Virus record (IMG/VR): IMGVR_UViG_3300032116_000235
Location: 1 to 57,782 of that record
Direction: 5' to 3' (one strand)
Source of the DNA: a virus
Taxonomy: Duplodnaviria > Caudoviricetes
Length of the DNA: 57,782 nucleotides
In this document: piece by piece, positions 10,033-18,367 of the stretch
How positions within the stretch are numbered: position 1 is the first letter of the stretch
Layout: each line of letters opens with the position of its first letter
Translations under genes and position numbers: made by a program
Notes under the pieces: model-generated
Seen by the model: the letters and a program-made list of their open reading frames with translations, nothing else
Told to the model about the DNA's origin: nothing
Database searches by the model: none

Positions 10033-12155
10033 TGAAATCGCCTCAAATCACTTCTGGCAGACTCGTCAAAGCGACAAGCGGATGGTTTGCTGGCGTAAAT
10101 TCTATTAGGAATCCTTGGGCATTGCCGGAAAATCAATTCAAATGGGGCGTCAATGTTCAAGTTCGCGGCGGAATTGTTCAAACTCGTCCGGGAAATGCGA
10201 TGCGCCTTTCTTTGCCTCCGGGAAATTTTCAAGGAGGAGTTTTCTTCTCAGCCAATAAACAGAAAACTTCGCATTCAACGCAAACGATCGACGGAGAAAC
10301 GACTTTTTCTGCATCCACTATATTTGATGTGAATGGTGAAGGCGTAATTGCCCAAGAATTGAATTATGTTGTTTTTGCGGTTGATGGTTCTGTTTATTAC
10401 GCTCCTTTCCCGCTAACACAGCCTAAAAATTGGGCTGAATACAAACTCACGAACATAAAACTTGATCCGAATGTAGATCAGTTTGTTTTCACGACAGGAA
10501 CGCAATCGGCGAATATCTCGACCGGTAAAAACGAAATCGTAACTCCTTCTCATCGTGTAATTTTCATTCAAGACGGGATTTCTTCTCCCGCTTATTGGGA
10601 TGGCTCTGATAAGGTCGGTGCGCAATCTGATAAAATCCCGACTGGATATTGGATGGCATTTTCTGGAAACAGACTTTGGGTAGCAGATAAAAATATCGTT
10701 CTGGCTTCAGATTTGGGCGATCCTTTGTCATGGGAAGAGAGGAAATCAGGAACTGGGCGAGGGGACTTTGCATTCAGTCGGCCAATCACCGGAATGGTGA
10801 ATTATGTTGGTCAGGACACTTCAACCAGATTGATTGTTTTCACTGATCGCTCAACATTCTCGCTTGCCAGCGGTATTCTTGATAGGAGTCAATGGACTTC
10901 TACGGCTAATTTTCAAAACACGCTTTATCCGACTGTTGGTTGCGTTGCTGGGAAAAGCATAGCTTTTCAAGCTGGTCAAATGTGGTGGTATTCACAGGGC
11001 GGACTTGTTGCGGCGGACGTCGCGGCGGCATCATACCTTTCTTCGCAGGTTCTATTTAAGGATGTAGAAATGGCGCGGAGCAAGCAATACATGGCTTCCG
11101 ACATCACAAGAATCTGCGCGACATCTTTTGAGAACTATATTCTTGTCAGCATTCCTTATCTCGAAAAATTGAATAGCCAGACGATGGTTTTGGATTATGC
11201 GGCGGCATCCGAGTGGTCATCTCAAAGAATTCCTGCTTGGTGTGGCGTCTGGTCTGGCACTCGTCCTGTTGAATGGATTAGTGGTATTATTGACGGCCAA
11301 CAGCGATGTTTTCATTTCAGCGTTGATTACTCCGCAACATCTGATGGTTCATACAATCATCTTTGGGAATCTTTTGTTCCTCAACGCTACGATTCATATT
11401 TTGATATTCAGGCTGACGGAAGTTTAGTTGAGGCTCGAAATAGAATTTATTGCTCCATGGAAACCGCCATGCTTGGTGACGGAATGGATTACAAACAATT
11501 TATCTATTCTGAGGTTGAAGCGAAAGAAATCGGCGGGGAAGTGGATGTTTCAATAGCATTCAGAGGAAGCAAAGGCCAATATAAACAAATCTTGAGCCAA
11601 AAAGTTCTTGCCGTAACTGATGATTTCCAATGGATAAATACTCCGTATTCTGAAAAAATTGAAGATTTGGGGTATTTGAAAACTCAATATCGCAGATTTA
11701 TTACAGAATCAGCGCAACGAACAATTGACTACGAAACTTGTGAGAGCGATTTAACGATTGACATAGATAAAGCGTTTTCAATTTTGATTGAATGGTGCGG
11801 TCAGATGGGAATTGAAATTGTTCGCGTTTATATTGATCCATATCCGACTAAAGCTATTGGGGTTCCGCAAAGAAACGAAACGAAACATTGCGTTGTCGGT
11901 GATGGGGGAAGAAATTTCACAATAGAAAGCCTTCCGAGCGAATACGCTAAAGGAAACGGAGAGCAAAAAAGTTGGTATGCCAACGCATTCAAAACTGTTT
12001 ATATTGATTGCGGTTTGCAGTCTATCTCGGCAACAGCAGAAGCCTCTTATTTGTCGTATATCAGTTACACTCACGCCTTGGCAGAAGCCGAAATTTTAGC
12101 ATTGCAAGCCGCAAACTCAGCCGCTCAACAATTCGCTGTTGAAAACAACTGTTGA
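10032..12155 (+). CDS. Tail tubular/nozzle (P22 gp10 / T7 gp12-like) beta-propeller protein
   Basis: About 700 aa; N-terminal NVQVRGGIVQTRPG; GNRLWVA...ASDLGDPLSW; podoviral position. Confidence 0.65.
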   Translation: MKSPQITSGRLVKATSGWFAGVNSIRNPWALPENQFKWGVNVQVRGGIVQTRPGNAMRLSLPPGNFQGGVFFSANKQKTSHSTQTIDGETTFSASTIFDVNGEGVIAQELNYVVFAVDGSVYYAPFPLTQPKNWAEYKLTNIKLDPNVDQFVFTTGTQSANISTGKNEIVTPSHRVIFIQDGISSPAYWDGSDKVGAQSDKIPTGYWMAFSGNRLWVADKNIVLASDLGDPLSWEERKSGTGRGDFAFSRPITGMVNYVGQDTSTRLIVFTDRSTFSLASGILDRSQWTSTANFQNTLYPTVGCVAGKSIAFQAGQMWWYSQGGLVAADVAAASYLSSQVLFKDVEMARSKQYMASDITRICATSFENYILVSIPYLEKLNSQTMVLDYAAASEWSSQRIPAWCGVWSGTRPVEWISGIIDGQQRCFHFSVDYSATSDGSYNHLWESFVPQRYDSYFDIQADGSLVEARNRIYCSMETAMLGDGMDYKQFIYSEVEAKEIGGEVDVSIAFRGSKGQYKQILSQKVLAVTDDFQWINTPYSEKIEDLGYLKTQYRRFITESAQRTIDYETCESDLTIDIDKAFSILIEWCGQMGIEIVRVYIDPYPTKAIGVPQRNETKHCVVGDGGRNFTIESLPSEYAKGNGEQKSWYANAFKTVYIDCGLQSISATAEASYLSYISYTHALAEAEILALQAANSAAQQFAVENNC

Positions 12156-12157
12156 TT

Positions 12158-12418
12158 ATGCCATCTATTAAAACATCATCTGATCCAGTTACGAATTTCC
12201 CGTATAAATTCGTTTCGCCTTTCAGCGATGACAATATCATTCCGCTTTATTCATCAATAAATTTTATCAATGCGAAAGAAAATTCTTGTCTTCCGTGTGT
12301 GGTGTGTGGCAATAATGTTCAGAGGTTTGATGCGATACAAGAACAAGCCAGCAGATATAAAAATTATGTTCCGAATCAATTCAACAGAACCCCAGTAAGA
12401 GTAGGATCAGCAGGATAA
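12158..12418 (+). CDS. Hypothetical protein with CxxCxxC
   Basis: ATG at 12158; CLPCVVCG. Confidence 0.55.
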   Translation: MPSIKTSSDPVTNFPYKFVSPFSDDNIIPLYSSINFINAKENSCLPCVVCGNNVQRFDAIQEQASRYKNYVPNQFNRTPVRVGSAG

Positions 12419-12423
12419 TAAAT

Positions 12424-12801
12424 ATGACTAAATCAATAGAATACAAAACGATACCTAAAGACAGCGGAGAGTTTCTTGAACTCGTTGATTTTGCAGAGGA
12501 ATTTGATCATAAAATAGTAGATCATCCACAAATCAATGTCATCGGGCATTACAAAGACGGGCAACTTTTCGGATATTCCGATCATGTTTTCATTCCCGTT
12601 ATCTACCCAGCATTTCATCCAAAGCACACCACGCCAAGAGATGTTATGCAATGTATGCACGATTTGAAAGTTTTTGCCCAAGTTTCCGGCTCCGCAGGAT
12701 TCATTGGGGTTCCGCTAGAATCAGAAAGAATCACATTCACAAATGGAATAATGCAGAAACTTGGCTTGCAAAGAATGCACCGAGAGCTTTATACTTTATA
12801 G
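12424..12801 (+). CDS. Hypothetical protein, possibly degenerate GNAT fold
   Basis: Lies between nozzle and ejection genes; DGQLFGY and C-terminal MQKLGLQR. Confidence 0.45.
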   Translation: MTKSIEYKTIPKDSGEFLELVDFAEEFDHKIVDHPQINVIGHYKDGQLFGYSDHVFIPVIYPAFHPKHTTPRDVMQCMHDLKVFAQVSGSAGFIGVPLESERITFTNGIMQKLGLQRMHRELYTL

Positions 12802-12811
12802 GAGAAAAATT

Positions 12812-13678
12812 ATGGGAGGAAGCGCACCAGCACCAGTTCAATATAATACGGCGGCAATGTTACCTCCGCCAAACCCGCAAGGAACCTACGATATTTTAAA
12901 GGCAACAAGCAAACTTGGCGGGGACGCAATGGATTTGCACCGCAAAAATCTTGAACTTGCCTCTGCGACAACTCCAATTCGGATGGAATACAATCCAACC
13001 GAACTTTCCAAACAGACTGCAGAATTTGGCGTTGGCAATCTTCTCCGTGAACGCAATATTGAATCGTTCACTAATCCTGCGGCGGCAAGAATGCGTTTGA
13101 ATATTGGGCAACAGGTCGAGGAAGCAACTTCGCCTGACTTCATGAAATCTTTCATGGATCGTTATGCGAAAGAACGCGGAATTTCCACTATATCCGGTAG
13201 CGGCATTGATCCGAACAGCACTATTGGCCGATCCGCGATATTTGATGCGACCACCGAGGCCGGAAGAAAATTGATGCTTGACAATATCCAAGCTCGTCAA
13301 GGTTATCTTCAAGCAACTCCCGCTCCAATCGGCGGGATTGATCCGGGTCAGGCTATTTCAGCGCAGGAAGCCAACAGGGCGCAGAATATTGGCCAAATGA
13401 ACGCTTGGCAGGCTGGACAATTTCAGAATATTTTTGGGATGGGTCAAGGATACTCAGATTTCGTCAATAAAATGATGGGCGAAACGCTTTCAGCCAACCA
13501 AGCAGAACAAGCAAATTTGAGGCAATATCAAGAAAAATTAATCAATGATTTGGTTGGCCAAGCGAACGCTGAGAATCAAATGAGGGCTGGGGCGGCACAA
13601 GGGAATCAAGCGATGACTGGCGCGCTGGCAGGAGCCGGAATTGGCGCGGTTGGCTTGATTGCGGCGGCAATGATTTAA
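12812..13678 (+). CDS. DNA ejection/pilot protein candidate
   Basis: Likely start MGGSAP at 12812; Q/A/N-rich helical body; C-terminal Gly-zipper GALAGAGIGAVGLIAAAMI. Confidence 0.6.
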   Translation: MGGSAPAPVQYNTAAMLPPPNPQGTYDILKATSKLGGDAMDLHRKNLELASATTPIRMEYNPTELSKQTAEFGVGNLLRERNIESFTNPAAARMRLNIGQQVEEATSPDFMKSFMDRYAKERGISTISGSGIDPNSTIGRSAIFDATTEAGRKLMLDNIQARQGYLQATPAPIGGIDPGQAISAQEANRAQNIGQMNAWQAGQFQNIFGMGQGYSDFVNKMMGETLSANQAEQANLRQYQEKLINDLVGQANAENQMRAGAAQGNQAMTGALAGAGIGAVGLIAAAMI

Positions 13679-13679
13679 T

Positions 13680-14645
13680 ATGGAAAACCTAATAAATAAG
13701 ACAGTAGAATACATAAAATTGTGGAATCAAAATTGGCCTCGTTCGGTCGTGTTTTGGTCAGGCGGCAAGGATTCAACAGCGTTGTTGCATCTTATCAAAT
13801 TCCGCGCAGGGCTGGACATTCCTGTTGTTCAGTTTCGTGAACCTAAATTCCGTGAGCGTTACGCTTATAGCGATAAATTGATTAAAGACTGGAAACTAGA
13901 AGTTCACGATTACCCTCCTTTGCGTGTTGCTTTGGCTGATGGGCCTGATGTCAATACTGGAGAGGTTCGTTTTGACCTGTTGAAATACTTTCAATGGGGG
14001 CAGAAATGCATGGTGATGAGTCTTGGGACAGAACGCCCGAAAGAAGGCGAAGATTTCCTTTGCGGTTTGAATGATTTTTTGTTTCGCCCTACGGGAACCT
14101 TCAACTGGCCATGGGGCGCAGTTTGGATTGGAACGAAAGACACGGACACAGACCTCATCAAAGGTCAAGTTGCCGTGAAATCTCACATTCGCTACGCAGA
14201 CGGGTCGCCTGTGAGCTTGTATCCCCTCCGAGACTGGACTGATGAGGATATTTACAATTACTTGGAGCTTTCAGGTGTTGAGCCTGACCAAACTCGTTAT
14301 ATCAAAACTGACGGGAAATGGGGTAACAATCCTGATAAAAGTCTGAACGCTGATTTTTATCCCGTCTGTTTGAATTGCGTTGATCGCCACCAAGGGCAAT
14401 ATGTTGACTGCCCAAAACTGAAAGCCAAAATCAGCAATATCAGTCATCTTGCGCCTTACGAGGACATCGTGATTGATGATCTTGGGTTCCGTCCGGTAGA
14501 TTGGAAGAAAAATAAATCAATATGTATGACTGTGAAGCCTGCGGAGCCTGTTGCTCATTCAAATGGAGTTGGCCAGTCCTCAAGCGAGACCGCTCAGACG
14601 CAACCGGAATTCCGCGCAACTGGATTCGCGCAGACTACCCGCTAA
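13680..14645 (+). CDS. PAPS reductase-like / PP-loop adenine nucleotide hydrolase family protein
   Basis: VFWSGGKDS PP-loop; YPLRDWTDEDIYNYL; C-terminal CLNC...C. Confidence 0.8.
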   Translation: MENLINKTVEYIKLWNQNWPRSVVFWSGGKDSTALLHLIKFRAGLDIPVVQFREPKFRERYAYSDKLIKDWKLEVHDYPPLRVALADGPDVNTGEVRFDLLKYFQWGQKCMVMSLGTERPKEGEDFLCGLNDFLFRPTGTFNWPWGAVWIGTKDTDTDLIKGQVAVKSHIRYADGSPVSLYPLRDWTDEDIYNYLELSGVEPDQTRYIKTDGKWGNNPDKSLNADFYPVCLNCVDRHQGQYVDCPKLKAKISNISHLAPYEDIVIDDLGFRPVDWKKNKSICMTVKPAEPVAHSNGVGQSSSETAQTQPEFRATGFAQTTR

Positions 14646-14797
14646 TGAAAACAGAAAACAACAGATGCGTTGCTTTGGAAGGCCAAGTTGGGGTTTCTGT
14701 GAAGTGTTCTGTTTATAATTGCAGGCCGGATGCGTGTAGGAAATTTACTCCGGGATCGGCGTTGTGTATCGAAGCAAGAAATAAAATAGGACTATAA
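14522..14797 (+). CDS. YkgJ/FliB-like CxxCxxCC cysteine-cluster protein
   Basis: CEACGACC...RCVAL...CSVYNCRPDACR. Confidence 0.8.
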   Translation: MYDCEACGACCSFKWSWPVLKRDRSDATGIPRNWIRADYPLMKTENNRCVALEGQVGVSVKCSVYNCRPDACRKFTPGSALCIEARNKIGL

Positions 14798-14799
14798 TT

Positions 14800-15348
14800 A
14801 TGGGCGGAAGTCAATTTGGAAAAACATTCGGAAGGGTAACAACAAAAATTGTTGATCCTTTCGGAATCGGTAAAACTAAATTTGGGAAAACAGTAATGAA
14901 AGTTATTGATCCATTAAATATAATGGACCCGCTCAATGTTCTTCCGGGGAAAGGTGAAAAATGGGGAACATTAGATAAAAATTATGGCGGTGCCGCAAGA
15001 GGGTGGCTTGGGTTAGACAAAAAAAGCGGCGGAGGGTCTTACCAGCCGAGAGATTATTCTTCTATTCAAAAAATGGTCGCAAATAATCCTGCTGGACAAA
15101 TGTCTGGAGATTTGATTTTGCAAAAACAAATGACAGATCAGGCGTTGGCTTCACAGCAAGCCGCAAATTTGCAAGCGGCAAACGCACGCCAACAACAAAA
15201 TATCAATACTGCGATGCAAAATTCTAAACAAAATCTGAATAATTCTTTGATGAGAACTCCGGTTCCATCTACATTTTCAGCAATCACACCAGCATCTACA
15301 AATCAATTCAAACTTCCGAATGTTGCTGGTTTGACATTCGGAAAATAA
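14800..15348 (+). CDS. Internal virion/ejection protein candidate A
   Basis: MGG start, DP(F/L) repeats, Q/N-rich, ends NQFKLPNVAGLTFGK. Confidence 0.6.
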   Translation: MGGSQFGKTFGRVTTKIVDPFGIGKTKFGKTVMKVIDPLNIMDPLNVLPGKGEKWGTLDKNYGGAARGWLGLDKKSGGGSYQPRDYSSIQKMVANNPAGQMSGDLILQKQMTDQALASQQAANLQAANARQQQNINTAMQNSKQNLNNSLMRTPVPSTFSAITPASTNQFKLPNVAGLTFGK

Positions 15349-15366
15349 ACAAGAAAGAACAAAAAT

Positions 15367-15939
15367 ATGGGAGGCGGAGGACAACAAGGACCAAGCAAAA
15401 GTCAAATAAAGGCTCAGCAAGCGCACGAAGCCGCTATGTTGGATATGCAAATGAAACTTGCTCAACAACAAATGTCGCAACAGCAGGAGATGCTTCGTTA
15501 TCAGATGGAGCAGGCCGAAAAACAGCGATTAGCGGCAGAAGAAGCGGCAAAACAGGCCGCAATTCAAACGCAATCTGCAACCGCGCAATCAGCCGCTCAA
15601 CAAAACGCGCAAGATGTCGCGCAAAAACTTGAAGGCATGAATACGATGCAGAATCTTTCTGATCAATCTGCTCTCGGAGATTATCAGAAGGCAATGACTA
15701 CTGGCGCGGAGAACATGACTGGCGGTTACGATATGGGTAATGCGAAAGCGTCCGCTATGGAACAACTCGGAGTTGCTTCTGGCGCTCTTCCTCAAACTCC
15801 ATCAAATCTTGCTGGTAGTATCAACGCGATAAATCCAGCAATGACAACTGCGGCAAATGCGCAGGCTGGCGGAACGACAAAAACGCAAAATCAATTCAAC
15901 ATGCCAAACACAAGCGGACTAACTTTCGGAGGAACATAA
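15367..15939 (+). CDS. Internal virion/ejection protein candidate B
   Basis: MGGGG start, Q/A-rich coiled coil, ends NQFNMPNTSGLTFGGT. Confidence 0.6.
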   Translation: MGGGGQQGPSKSQIKAQQAHEAAMLDMQMKLAQQQMSQQQEMLRYQMEQAEKQRLAAEEAAKQAAIQTQSATAQSAAQQNAQDVAQKLEGMNTMQNLSDQSALGDYQKAMTTGAENMTGGYDMGNAKASAMEQLGVASGALPQTPSNLAGSINAINPAMTTAANAQAGGTTKTQNQFNMPNTSGLTFGGT

Positions 15940-15940
15940 T

Positions 15941-16702
15941 ATGGCTGATATACTTGAAGAAATTGAAGATGCTGGAAGATCAACGGATAATGTTGTCGGG
16001 CATTTGACAGTTGGGGAAATTGTCATTCCCATGCAACTCGCAGAAATTCCAGAAGTAAAAACTGCTATCGAGGAAATTTTTGCGGCATACGAAGTAGATC
16101 TTGATGAATTTACTGTTGGGAATGAAGCAAATAAAATTAATCCAGAAACTGGTTACCCTGAATTTTTCGTTGGGCGAGCTTTAAGAGCTATCGGGAATTT
16201 TTTCACTGGTGGAGATAAGAAGAAAGATAAAGATAATAAGAATAATAATTCGCAAAATAGTTCTCAATCGACATATAATCAAAATGCAAAAGCATTTGAT
16301 GATGCTATGGCCGCACAGAAAAAAAAGGATGAAGAAGCTAGGCTGCGAAGAGAGAAAGAGACAAAAGATCGCGCTATTGGAGCTGAATCTGCAAGAATAA
16401 GAGGTCTTGCGCTTGATAATCAGGCGCAAATTGGCGAACAGTTATCACAAACGCTTGCAACGCCAACGCAACAAAACGCAACGGCTATCCAAGCTGGATA
16501 TACACCGAGCGGATATAATGCAGGCAAGCCGACAAAAACTGTTCCCGGAAACGCTGGTGGCCCTATGCCGACAGAAACTGCTTCCGCGATGCCCGCCGCA
16601 TTGATCGCTCAAAAAATCAATCAAGATAGCGGCGGAACAAATCAACAACAGAATAGATTCAATATACCAAAAACCGAGGGATTAGTTTTCGGAGGAACTT
16701 AA
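15941..16702 (+). CDS. Internal virion/ejection protein candidate C
   Basis: GHLTVGEIVIP...INPETGYPEF motif, which I recall from podoviral internal proteins; ends NRFNIPKTEGLVFGGT. Confidence 0.6.
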   Translation: MADILEEIEDAGRSTDNVVGHLTVGEIVIPMQLAEIPEVKTAIEEIFAAYEVDLDEFTVGNEANKINPETGYPEFFVGRALRAIGNFFTGGDKKKDKDNKNNNSQNSSQSTYNQNAKAFDDAMAAQKKKDEEARLRREKETKDRAIGAESARIRGLALDNQAQIGEQLSQTLATPTQQNATAIQAGYTPSGYNAGKPTKTVPGNAGGPMPTETASAMPAALIAQKINQDSGGTNQQQNRFNIPKTEGLVFGGT

Positions 16703-16705
16703 TTT

Positions 16706-18367
16706 ATGGCAAACGCTGGCTTCACATTCACACCAAAACCTCAAGCCGCTTTAGCAAACCTGAATCCGATTCAGTTCGGATCAGCTTTGCAGTTTAGAGC
16801 GGACGAGCCGATGAAATTCCTTGAACAGCGACCAGAGGTCGTGATGGAAGGTTTTCTCAAAGGCAGGCAACAAATGGTTGAGGACATTTCAAAAGGAGCG
16901 TTGTCAGCAATAGGAAGCGTAACAGGTGCATTCAAAGATGCTCGCGCTGAAAAATTAGCTACTACAAAATTGGAAGAGGAACGCCAGCACGAAAAAGACA
17001 TTGCCAATATTCGGGCATCCGCAAAAACTCCATACGACGAGTATTATCAGAGTTTGAAAACTCAACTTCAAGAAAGTAAACTTGAAGAGGTTAAAAATCG
17101 TTTAGATAATACTGTTCCAACGCCTAAAAGGGAAAGAGGGCATTGGATGAAAGGAGATATGTTTGAGGCGCAAAATCCTGATCTTCCAGAGGAAGAGCCG
17201 ACTCCCCGCAGGGATCAATCTTCTTTAAATTTGACTTCCCCGATTCCTTCAACTGCCAGCGCAGAACAACCTAAAATCTTTTCGAGCTTGAGCGATATTT
17301 CCACTATTCCGGCTGAAACTGGCGGATATAGTTTGGCGGATATCAGAACTCCAAAAACTTCTGATCTGATATATCCAGCAAGCGAAGGTCAGGTTGTTTT
17401 CGGAGGCCAGACTTTAGATTTGATGCCAGTCAGCGGAGCGGAAGCCAAACCAGCCCCGAAACCTCTGGCCGATACAAGAACTCCGGAAGAAAAAAGGCTA
17501 TCTCCTGCGCCAGCAGAACTTCTCGATACAAAGCCGCCAGAAGCGCAAACCGAGCGCAGGAAACCAAGTCAGTATGAGGTTGAACAATACTACGCTGGAG
17601 AGCCTTTTGAGAGCATTGCTGACGCGAATTATGCCAAGCGTCAGATGATGAAATATGGTTATGCCGCAAAGGTGACACCAGTAGAAGACCCGACTACAAA
17701 ACAGCGGATGTATTATGTGGAATTTGATGAGAAAACACCGGAGCAACCGCCGGAAGGAACAGTTCTGAAAGAAATCAAAGATACAGACGGGAAAATCACA
17801 AAAACATTTGAGCCTGTGATGAAGCCAGAGCAAAAACTTCCGATGCTCAAAACCGCAGAAGCGCAATTAGACGCAATGATTGATGCGGCAAATCAAATTG
17901 AACAAATCGCAAGTGAAGGTAGGTTGCCTGAATTTGGAAGAGCTTCAGCTTGGATTAAAAATTTGCCAATTACAACCGACGCCTCAAGAGTGCGCCCATT
18001 CATTCGCACGCTCCAAGCAAATACCGCTTTCAAAACGATCATGGATATGAAGAAAGCAACGGGATCAGCATTGGGGGGGTCAACAACTGACAAAGACATG
18101 CAACTTTTGATGGATGTCATCGGTTCTCTTGATGCTGATAATTTAGATTCAGATTATATTTTGCCGACTTTGCAAAGAATTAAAAAAACGGCAATGGACG
18201 CGAAACAAGATCTTACTGTTGAAAAACAAAAAGTTGTTGCAGGAGCGGAAGGAATACCAATAATTACTAATAAAGAAGAACATGATAAATTGCGTCCCGG
18301 ATCTTTTTATTATGCCGATGTCGATGGCGTAATGAAGCGTTTGCAAAAACCTGAAAAATCTAAATAA
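16706..18367 (+). CDS. Internal virion/ejection protein
   Basis: 553 aa, helical, directly precedes the giant protein. Confidence 0.55.
   Translation: MANAGFTFTPKPQAALANLNPIQFGSALQFRADEPMKFLEQRPEVVMEGFLKGRQQMVEDISKGALSAIGSVTGAFKDARAEKLATTKLEEERQHEKDIANIRASAKTPYDEYYQSLKTQLQESKLEEVKNRLDNTVPTPKRERGHWMKGDMFEAQNPDLPEEEPTPRRDQSSLNLTSPIPSTASAEQPKIFSSLSDISTIPAETGGYSLADIRTPKTSDLIYPASEGQVVFGGQTLDLMPVSGAEAKPAPKPLADTRTPEEKRLSPAPAELLDTKPPEAQTERRKPSQYEVEQYYAGEPFESIADANYAKRQMMKYGYAAKVTPVEDPTTKQRMYYVEFDEKTPEQPPEGTVLKEIKDTDGKITKTFEPVMKPEQKLPMLKTAEAQLDAMIDAANQIEQIASEGRLPEFGRASAWIKNLPITTDASRVRPFIRTLQANTAFKTIMDMKKATGSALGGSTTDKDMQLLMDVIGSLDADNLDSDYILPTLQRIKKTAMDAKQDLTVEKQKVVAGAEGIPIITNKEEHDKLRPGSFYYADVDGVMKRLQKPEKSK

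Noticed and set aside
13680-14645. cysH auxiliary sulfur-metabolism gene or Dnd phosphorothioation system
   Set aside because: No ECGLH terminus and no other cys or dnd genes; structural-operon context
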